A stretch of 64,000 nucleotides of DNA, from NCBI GenBank assembly GCA_934149275.1, contig CAKPEG010000001.1, forward strand, positions 82,109 through 146,108. Reading direction: 5' to 3'. A program made the translations under genes and the position numbers. The notes beneath the pieces were generated by a model that worked only from the letters and a program-made list of their open reading frames with translations, searched no databases and had not been told where the DNA came from. The first letter of the stretch is position 1. Each line of letters opens with the position of its first letter. This DNA comes from an uncultured Clostridia bacterium (GTDB lineage: Bacteria > Bacillota > Clostridia > TANB77 > CAG-508). This document shows positions 56,663 through 64,000 of the stretch, in pieces.

Positions 56663-57934
56663 TTATTTTAATATTCTATCTATTGTATTATCAAAAGATT
56701 TTGCAACATATTCAGAATTAAAATTATTTCTATATTCTTCATTAATTTCACTTTTATAATTTTGATAAATCATTAACCATAAATAATTTTTAATTTCTTG
56801 AACACTATATGTAACCATTAATGAATTCATATTTTGTAAAATATCTGCACTAATGCCATTTTGCATTGTTATCGCAAAAATTTGACTATTACTTCCAATA
56901 TAATCTGCTAATTTGGCTGCAAAAAATATATTAGTATCTAACACAGATGTAAGATTAGCATCAAAATGAATTAACCAATCAGATTCTTGCATTATTTTCA
57001 AACTTTCTAAATAAGATACAGACTTCTTAACTTTTACAATATCAGTAAGTTCATTATCAATTATATATACCTTATCCTTTGAATCCATATTTCCATAAAA
57101 ACGAACTTCAATTTTTTCGTTTAAATTACTATCTTCTTTCAATAATTCTGATAAAGCCTTAAATAATAATCTTGGACTCCTTAAATCATCTAAATGTCCT
57201 ACATATGTCATAATAAGTTTTCTGTGTTCTTTCTTTTGGTTTAAAGGATATAAATCTTCGGCAAAAGAATGATTAATAATCATCGATTCTCCTTTATATT
57301 TTTTTCTATCCTTACCTAACATAAAATCTCTCTGATAACAACTATTAAAAATATAATAATCAGCAGCATTTAAAATCTTTTTTTGCAATACCTCTTCATT
57401 ATGAAAACTTCTATAATGAAATTTTTTATATCTAATTTTAAATAAAATATTCTTATAAATTCTTCTTGGAGATATAACATTTCTTAATTTTAGTCTATAA
57501 TAATTTCTCAATGCAAATGGATTATATGCTCCTTCACGTATTTTTAATTCTGTATACGGATTATCTGCTATTGGGTCGCCAAATGAAGCTATCCATTTAA
57601 CTTTCGGATTTATTTTTTTTATTTTTAATCCAATCTTATGTGATTCAGGTGGCATAGATCTAGTCATAACAATATCATATTTATTAATATTTTTCTTATA
57701 ATACTCTACAGCATCATTTTCCCAATCTTTTAAATTATCCGCATTTGATAATATAGATTTTACGTTTTCCGCTTCTGGCAAATAATCTTTATTTCCATAT
57801 GACCATAAATCAACTTTTTTTTGTGTAAAAACATCATATTCATATTTTGATTTTCGTAACAATTTATACGTAACCAATCCTTCTGAAGAATTTACTGGTG
57901 GGAAAAACCAGCTAATTACTAAAATTCTTTTCAT
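56663..57934 (-). CDS. Glycosyltransferase (GT4-like N-terminus MKRILVISWFFPP)
   Basis: 423 aa. N-terminal motif typical of GT-B sugar transferases. Weaker overall support. Confidence 0.45.
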   Translation of the reverse strand: MKRILVISWFFPPVNSSEGLVTYKLLRKSKYEYDVFTQKKVDLWSYGNKDYLPEAENVKSILSNADNLKDWENDAVEYYKKNINKYDIVMTRSMPPESHKIGLKIKKINPKVKWIASFGDPIADNPYTELKIREGAYNPFALRNYYRLKLRNVISPRRIYKNILFKIRYKKFHYRSFHNEEVLQKKILNAADYYIFNSCYQRDFMLGKDRKKYKGESMIINHSFAEDLYPLNQKKEHRKLIMTYVGHLDDLRSPRLLFKALSELLKEDSNLNEKIEVRFYGNMDSKDKVYIIDNELTDIVKVKKSVSYLESLKIMQESDWLIHFDANLTSVLDTNIFFAAKLADYIGSNSQIFAITMQNGISADILQNMNSLMVTYSVQEIKNYLWLMIYQNYKSEINEEYRNNFNSEYVAKSFDNTIDRILK

Positions 57935-57940
57935 TTTTTC

Positions 57941-58970
57941 TTATCCTCTCAATACCTTACTTATAAAATTAATCCATTTACTAAAAAAATTAGGATATAA
58001 ACGTGTAAATATAAATTTTGTTTTTCTATTATATCTTACCTGTCCAATATTAGCTAATTTTTTATATAGTTCCTGATCTAAATTTAATAAATACCTATCA
58101 AAGTTTTTTATGTCTTCATAAATTTGTTTACTTCCGCTTTTTACAATATACACAATAAATATAATAATGTGTTGTTATCATATAATACAAAATTAAAGAT
58201 ATATATTCTCTCTTATTTTCAGAAAACATTTCTTTTCTATCAGCATAATATTCTAATAAAAATTTCAAAACCTTTTCATGATTAGCTCTATTTTTTACAA
58301 AATTAGATAAATTCATACTCTGATCTGGTCGACCTATAAAATATCTGTAAATATCCATATTCCAAAACTTAAATGTTTTTAGCTCACTCACTGGCATAAT
58401 ATTATATTGCATATCAACATAGAAAGTTTTTTCAAATAATTTAACTTTTGCTTTTCTTAAACATTCTGTTTTGTATGTAGATGTAGCCATAACAAAATAT
58501 TCTCCATTTAATTTAGCCAAATCAAATTTATCAAAATCGTAAATAACATCATTCTCTAAATCTTTATACTCTAGATAAATTGATTCTCCACTATAGGCCA
58601 TTTCTTTTCGATAATTAGTAACTACTAAATCCACATCTTCATTCTTCAGACCATTAACAAACATCCCAAACTCAGATGAATTAAACCAATCATCACTGTC
58701 TAATACTCTAAAATATTTTCCAGTTGCTTTGACTAACCCTGCGTTTACAGCAGAACCATGACCTCCATTTTCTTTATCAACAACAACTACTGTATTGGGA
58801 TACTTTTTCTCATATTCTCGCATTATTTTCAAAGAATTATCTTTGCTTCCATCATTCACTAATATTACTTCAATATCTTCAATAACTTCATTTAACAATA
58901 CTGAATCTAAACATCTACGTATATACTTTTCTGTGTTATATACAGGAACCACAATACTTAATACTTTCAT
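57941..58970 (-). pseudogene. Family 2 glycosyltransferase (GT-A) interrupted by a frameshift: 58128-58970 holds the N-terminal catalytic part, 57941-58153 the C-terminal continuation in another frame
   Basis: N-terminus MKVLSIVVPVYNTEKYIRRCLDSV...VILVNDGSKD...DSDD (GT2 DxD). The first ORF ends in an out-of-frame tail (HYYIYCVYCKKRK). The adjacent 70-aa ORF overlaps it by 26 nt in a different frame, and together they give a typical about 340-aa GT2. Confidence 0.5.
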
Positions 58971-58978
58971 ATTATCTC

Positions 58979-59710
58979 CTAACCAATTTGACTTTTATAA
59001 TATGCATCACATACTTCTTTAGCTTGTCCAATTTGTTTAACATTTCCATGGTCAAGCCATACTACTCGATCACATAAATTTTTAATTTGATCAATTGAAT
59101 GTGATACAAATAAAACTGTCGTACCTCCTCCTATCATTGTTCTCATCTTCTTTTCACTCTTTTGTTGGAATGCAATGTCACCAACAGAAAGAATTTCATC
59201 AACAATTAATATTTCTGGATCAACAATTGTTGCTATAGAAAAAGCTAATCTTGCAACCATACCAGAAGAAAAATTTCTAACAGGTACATCTAAAAAATCA
59301 CGTAATTCTGAAAAATCTACAATTTCATCAAACTTTTCATCTATAAAACTTTTGGTATAACCTAAAACAGCACCATTTAAATAAATATTTTCTCTTGCTG
59401 TTAAATCCATATCAAATCCAGCACCTAACTCTATCATTGGACAAATATTTCCATATATCTCTATATTTCCTTTAGTAGGCTTCATGACACCTGCAATCAA
59501 TTTTAACAACGTTGACTTTCCAGCACCATTAGTTCCAATAAATCCAACAACTTCACCCTTTTTCACTTCAAAACTCACATCATTTAAAGCCCAAAATTCA
59601 TTTTTTTTCTTTTTCTTTCTTTTAAGAAGATCAATAAAAAACTGTTTTAAAGAAAAATTTTTTTCTATTCCAAGATTAAATTTCATTGAAACATTATTTA
59701 CCTTAATCAT
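58979..59710 (-). CDS. tagH: ABC transporter ATP-binding protein, TagH/Wzt type (teichoic acid / polysaccharide export)
   Basis: 243 aa. Walker A GTNGAGKST, signature FSSGM, Walker B ILIVDE. Confidence 0.75.
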   Translation of the reverse strand: MIKVNNVSMKFNLGIEKNFSLKQFFIDLLKRKKKKKNEFWALNDVSFEVKKGEVVGFIGTNGAGKSTLLKLIAGVMKPTKGNIEIYGNICPMIELGAGFDMDLTARENIYLNGAVLGYTKSFIDEKFDEIVDFSELRDFLDVPVRNFSSGMVARLAFSIATIVDPEILIVDEILSVGDIAFQQKSEKKMRTMIGGGTTVLFVSHSIDQIKNLCDRVVWLDHGNVKQIGQAKEVCDAYYKSQIG

Positions 59711-59721
59711 TTCAGCTCCTC

Positions 59722-60510
59722 CTATACATAATAAATAAATTTGTCTTGATTTTTTCTAAACACAAAGACACCAATAATCAAAACAGCCAAAGATGACAAT
59801 GCACAAATTCCAAAAGTAAACGCGCTTGGCATTTCATTATACAAAATAACTCTTCTTATAAAATTAATATAATGATACATTGGATTCAACTTAAAGAAAA
59901 ACTGTAATTCTGGTGAAATCATAGAAATATCATACATAATAGGTGTTAAATATGTCCAAAGAGTAATTACTATTCCATAAATATAAAACATATCACGTAG
60001 AAAAACCGCTATAGTCGAAAGAATCAATCCCATTCCAAAAGTGAATATAAATAAACATACATACGCATAAGGTAGTACTAGATGATATATATTTAATCCC
60101 GTTCCAGTAGCTAAAATAACAATATACAAAGGTATTAATGTTAGTAGAAAATTTATTCCAACAAATAAGCATTTAGAAAGAGGAAAAATATATTTAGGAA
60201 TATATATTTTATTTATTAATGGGAAATTTGCTACAACCGAACTCATTGCTAAATTTGAGGCTTCACTATAATAATTAAACATTATTAATCCACTCAATAC
60301 ATATACCAAATAATTAACTCCAGGAGTACTAAATTTAAAAACATTTGAAAAAACTAAAGCCATAACTGCCATATTTAATACTGGATATAATAAACTCCAA
60401 ACAATTCCTAAAACAGATCTTTTATACTTAACTTTAAAATCTCTACTTATTAATTGTTGTAATAAAAATGAATATTTTTTAAAATTAATAACTATATTTT
60501 TTATTGACAT
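59722..60510 (-). CDS. tagG: ABC-2 type transporter permease, TagG/Wzm type
   Basis: Start at the ATG at 60508-60510 (AGGAGGG RBS): MSIKNIVINFKKY... (263 aa, 6 TM). The ORF-track start at 60570 is an upstream GTG. Confidence 0.7.
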   Translation of the reverse strand: MSIKNIVINFKKYSFLLQQLISRDFKVKYKRSVLGIVWSLLYPVLNMAVMALVFSNVFKFSTPGVNYLVYVLSGLIMFNYYSEASNLAMSSVVANFPLINKIYIPKYIFPLSKCLFVGINFLLTLIPLYIVILATGTGLNIYHLVLPYAYVCLFIFTFGMGLILSTIAVFLRDMFYIYGIVITLWTYLTPIMYDISMISPELQFFFKLNPMYHYINFIRRVILYNEMPSAFTFGICALSSLAVLIIGVFVFRKNQDKFIYYV

Positions 60511-60565
60511 TAATTTTATCCCTCCTAACCGCTTTGTAATTATATAGTATATTAATATATTTTTC

Positions 60566-60612
60566 AACACAAAAAAAAAAGAATAAGAATTTTTTATTTC
60601 TCATTCTTTCTT
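60566..60612 (-). terminator. Rho-independent terminator downstream of rpmE
   Basis: Minus strand: agaatgagaa-ataaaaaa-ttcttattct (10-bp stem with one G-U pair) followed by tttttttttt. Confidence 0.6.
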
Positions 60613-60635
60613 TTTTTGTAATAACCTCACATTCA

Positions 60636-60836
60636 TTATTGTAATCCATATTTTTTCTTAAATCTATCAGCTCTACCACCAGTAGTTTCTCTCTTTAAGT
60701 TTCCAGTCCAGTATGGATGACATTTTGAACATATATCAACTTTCATATCTTTTTTTGTTGAATTTGTTTCCATTACGTTTCCACAAGCACATGTAATTGT
60801 TGTAGCTTCATAATTTGGATGTATTCCTTCTCTCAT
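60636..60836 (-). CDS. rpmE: 50S ribosomal protein L31
   Basis: MREGIHPNYEATTITCACGNVMETNSTKKDMKVDICSKCHPYWTG (66 aa) with CxC...CxxC zinc ribbon. GGAAGAGGTG RBS 6 nt upstream; the ORF-track start is a GTG inside the RBS. Confidence 0.85.
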   Translation of the reverse strand: MREGIHPNYEATTITCACGNVMETNSTKKDMKVDICSKCHPYWTGNLKRETTGGRADRFKKKYGLQ

Positions 60837-60912
60837 GTAATTCACCTCTTCCTTACTTTTCTTAACAATATCTTTTATATATTAGCACAACTCTATTTTT
60901 TTTTCAATAGTT

Positions 60913-61119
60913 TTACTTATTTTTTGTTGTGTTTTTACCTTTTTGATTGTTAGTATCATCACCCTTTACTTGAGTAACAACATTTTCAACTTTATTTGAA
61001 ACAGTACCTTTTACATTATCGCTAAAAGAAACCCTTTTAACTAATTTTGATGTTATGTTGAATAAACAAGCAACGATTAATATAAAAAGACCTATTTTTC
61101 TCCACCATTTAGCTAACAT
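60913..61119 (-). CDS. Small N-terminally membrane-anchored hypothetical protein (68 aa)
   Basis: TM segment IGLFILIVACLF followed by a polar Lys/Asn-rich tail. No family recognised. Confidence 0.3.
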   Translation of the reverse strand: MLAKWWRKIGLFILIVACLFNITSKLVKRVSFSDNVKGTVSNKVENVVTQVKGDDTNNQKGKNTTKNK

Positions 61120-61191
61120 ATTAGTACTCCTTTCATTAAAGTTACACTATATATTATAATTGGAAAAACTCCATTTGTCAATTATAATTGC

Positions 61192-62403
61192 TTATTTTCT
61201 GAATAAATAAAACCATTTTTTCAAAATTCTCTTTCCCATTGTAAAAATATTTAATTTTCCGACTTCATTTTCTGCAACTAAATCCACGCTAGCTACTGCC
61301 TCACCATCTACCTTAAACTCAACCCTTCCAAGCACTTGACCTGCCTCAATAGGCGCAGAAATATTATCATTTATTATAATCTCCTGTTCAACATTACCTT
61401 CACTTTTTTTGTTCATAATTTTTCCAGACGTATCTGCATATTTCACAGAAACCTCTGAAACAACACCTTTATTAATTGGTACATTCATTACCTCAACATC
61501 TTTTTCAGCAAACTTTTTATATTTAAAAGTACTAAATCCATAATCCAGTAATTTTCTTGCACAACTAAACCTCTCCTTAGTAGAAGGCGCTCTCATAATA
61601 ACAGCAATCAAAGATAAATCATCTCTTGTAGCACTTGCAGATAAATTAAATAAAGCCAATGATGTTGAACCTGTTTTTAATCCAGTTGCTCCTTGATAAT
61701 TTCTAATCAACTTATTAGTATTAACAAGCTCAGACTTTCCATCCCTAAGCGAATCCATCCATATTGTTGTATATTTCGTAATACTAGGATGATTTCTCAA
61801 AAGTTCTCTAGACATTACTGCAATATCATAACTTGAAGTTTCATGTCCATCCTCATCAATTCCATGACAATTCTTAAATGTAGTATCATTCATTCCAAGC
61901 TCTTTAGCTCTTTCATTCATTCGATTTACAAACATCTCTTCACTACCAGCAATATGCTCAGCCATAGCAACGGTACAATCATTAGCAGAAACAACGCAAA
62001 TTGCCTTTAACATCTCATCAACAGTCAACTCTTCTCTTGTATCAAGCCAAATTTGAGAACCACCCATTGAAGAAGCTTTTTCACTACATGAAATCTTATC
62101 AGAATATGACAATCTTCCTGAATCAATTTCTTCCATTATTAATAAAATCGTCATAACTTTAGTAACACTAGCTGGGCGCAATTTCTCATGAGCATTATGT
62201 TCATACAAAACTTCACCAGTATCCTGCGAAATCAATATAGCAGATTCACAAGATAAATCTAAGAAATTTTCTCCAACCTCTCCGGAAGTCTCCACAATTG
62301 AGTCTTCCGCCCATGTTGGAATTGTTAAATAAGTCGCATGACATACCTCTGTTATACATAAAAAGCATATACATAAAAAAGCGCAATATATTTTTCTTTT
62401 CAT
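61192..62403 (-). CDS. D-alanyl-D-alanine carboxypeptidase (S11 family, PBP5/DacF-like)
   Basis: 403 aa. Signal peptide. SxxK (SVTKVMT), SxN (SAND), KTG (KTGST). Confidence 0.8.
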   Translation of the reverse strand: MKRKIYCAFLCICFLCITEVCHATYLTIPTWAEDSIVETSGEVGENFLDLSCESAILISQDTGEVLYEHNAHEKLRPASVTKVMTILLIMEEIDSGRLSYSDKISCSEKASSMGGSQIWLDTREELTVDEMLKAICVVSANDCTVAMAEHIAGSEEMFVNRMNERAKELGMNDTTFKNCHGIDEDGHETSSYDIAVMSRELLRNHPSITKYTTIWMDSLRDGKSELVNTNKLIRNYQGATGLKTGSTSLALFNLSASATRDDLSLIAVIMRAPSTKERFSCARKLLDYGFSTFKYKKFAEKDVEVMNVPINKGVVSEVSVKYADTSGKIMNKKSEGNVEQEIIINDNISAPIEAGQVLGRVEFKVDGEAVASVDLVAENEVGKLNIFTMGKRILKKWFYLFRK

Positions 62404-62550
62404 ATATCTATCTCCTCTATCTTTTTTTTAATGTATATGCGAAAAAAAAATTAACTAGAACACATGCATGGTTATTTACTTTTTGATTATATAAAAAAGA
62501 TGAAAATTAGCATACTTTTAAATATATGCCTCTCTTCATCTCTTTTACTA

Positions 62551-63735
62551 TTATGGTAAATAATTCATTGGATTTACTCTATTGTTATACCCACCTGGAG
62601 CAACTCTAACCTCAAAATGCAAATGAGGACCTGACGAATTTCCCGTACTTCCTACTCTCATAATCTGTTGTCCCTGTTCAACTTTTTGACCTTGAGATAC
62701 ACAAATTGAACCAGCTTGTCCATGTGCATATAATGTATACGTTCCATCATGGTGATTTATTATCACATAATTTCCATAACTATAATTTAAAGCTTGTGTC
62801 AATGTAACTGTACCTGATTTTACTGCATAAACTGGTTGACCATTTATCCCGTGTGAACCAAAATCAACCGCACCGTGGTATGCATTACTTGGTGGTCCAT
62901 AATACAAACCTGTTGTTATTGTAGAATAGGCTGTAGGAACTGGACAAATATATCCTCCTGGATTTGTTGTAGGTTCTTTTCCATTACTAGCATTATTATT
63001 TGTTTTTTCTGCATCTCTAATAGCATTCATAATCTTTTTATCTTCTTCTCTCATCAAATCAATATTTTGCTGAATGCTTTTTTCTTCAGAAGATAATTGA
63101 TCTAATTTTTGATTTTTTTGTTCTTTAGTATTATTCAATTCTTGTTTCTTTAATTCTTGCTTTTCTTTTATTTCTTCTACCTCCTGTTTATTTTGTTCTA
63201 ATACCAGCTTAGAGTTTTTAATCTGTTCTTTGGTATTTTTTACTTTTTCAATCAAAGCAATATCATTTTCTGTCATCTTTTCCAACATAAAATAATTAGA
63301 TAAAAACGAAGTTAAACTATCTGAATTTAAAAGAACATCTAAATATTTCGTCTCACCAGTCTTGTATGAAGCCACTAATCTTTTCTTCAATAACTCTTCT
63401 TTTTCAGTTAATTCTCTCTCTGTTTTTTCTAACTCTTTTTCCGTACTTTTTATATTTTCGTTAACATTCTGAAGATCCAAATTTAAATTATATATTTCTC
63501 CCTCACAACTCGAAATCTGTGAATTTAAATTATCCAATTCTTTTTCTATTGAAGACATTTGACTTTTTATATTTTTTTGTTCATTCTCAGCTTTTTCAAT
63601 TTCTTCTCTATTTTCTTGTTGTTGCTTTTTTAATTGATCTGACGTATTCGCAAGCACTTTATAAACATTACATGAACATATTATTATAATCATACTAATT
63701 ATTACTATACAAAATTTTCTTCTTATGTTTTTCAT
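62551..63735 (-). CDS. M23-family peptidoglycan metalloendopeptidase with N-terminal coiled-coil region (EnvC/LytM-like)
   Basis: 394 aa. N-terminal anchor, long heptad-rich Q/E/K region. C-terminal LytM motifs HGAVDF...YAHG...GSTGNSSGPHLHFEV. Confidence 0.8.
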   Translation of the reverse strand: MKNIRRKFCIVIISMIIIICSCNVYKVLANTSDQLKKQQQENREEIEKAENEQKNIKSQMSSIEKELDNLNSQISSCEGEIYNLNLDLQNVNENIKSTEKELEKTERELTEKEELLKKRLVASYKTGETKYLDVLLNSDSLTSFLSNYFMLEKMTENDIALIEKVKNTKEQIKNSKLVLEQNKQEVEEIKEKQELKKQELNNTKEQKNQKLDQLSSEEKSIQQNIDLMREEDKKIMNAIRDAEKTNNNASNGKEPTTNPGGYICPVPTAYSTITTGLYYGPPSNAYHGAVDFGSHGINGQPVYAVKSGTVTLTQALNYSYGNYVIINHHDGTYTLYAHGQAGSICVSQGQKVEQGQQIMRVGSTGNSSGPHLHFEVRVAPGGYNNRVNPMNYLP

Positions 63736-63797
63736 AAACTCCTCCTATTCTATATATATTATTAGATATTTAAACTTAAAAAAAAGTTTCACATTTT

Positions 63798-63836
63798 ATA
63801 AAAAAACTAGAGCAACTTAAACAAATTGCTCTAGTC
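63798..63836 (-). terminator. Putative rho-independent terminator (minus strand; A-run on the other side makes it potentially bidirectional)
   Basis: aaaaaa-ctagagcaa-cttaaacaaa-ttgctctag: a perfect 9-bp stem. On the minus strand the hairpin is followed by ttttttt. Confidence 0.4.
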
Positions 63837-64000
63837 CAACAGTAGGGTACTTTCTTAATTTACTTTTTTACTAGTGTATGTATCATCATTCATATACTCT
63901 AAATAAAAACATTTATGCTTCACTTATTTATTTACCATAATAAAAGGGATATATGATTCATCATCCTTATGTTCTTTCCAAAAGTATAAAATTTGTGATT

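Overview
This window is AT-rich (roughly 27-30% GC by eye) and looks like a chromosomal segment from a low-GC, endospore-forming Firmicute of the Clostridium type; it is gene-dense, mostly minus-strand, with no rRNA, tRNA, CRISPR or transposase/integrase signatures. The RBSs are Shine-Dalgarno-like (GGAGG), and the sporulation/germination genes spoIVA, a spoVB homologue, a gerA-type tricistronic receptor operon and a dacF-like carboxypeptidase are present.

Recognisable housekeeping genes:
- class A PBP (3' end truncated by the window start), RNase R, secG, and ileS with a T-box leader
- HU, an MgtA-type P-type ATPase, enolase, rlmD/rumA-type methyltransferase, cytidine deaminase and ribosomal protein L31
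- a tagG/tagH ABC exporter with glycosyltransferases (a teichoic-acid or polysaccharide locus) and an M23 peptidase

Accessory and unusual content:
- A three-gene surface operon (secreted protein with a sorting-signal-like tail, then a small sortase, then a 3209-aa N-terminally anchored adhesin with about 18 DUF11-type repeats and a C-terminal vWA/MIDAS domain) driven by a consensus promoter, followed by a GC-atypical foreign gene.
- A lone membrane-anchored FtsK/HerA/TraG(VirD4)-superfamily ATPase with its own strong promoter.
- A 12-gene co-directional run dominated by nucleotide/polyphosphate phosphohydrolases (DUF84 ITPase, HD, CYTH, Ham1/RdgB, Ppx/GppA, metallophosphoesterase, two HAD phosphatases, a P-loop kinase) plus a radical SAM enzyme.
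- Two families of highly structured intergenic repeat elements whose hairpins are preserved by compensatory base changes.
- Three phased 40-bp palindromic direct repeats next to a YhcG-like nuclease.
- Two frameshifted genes.
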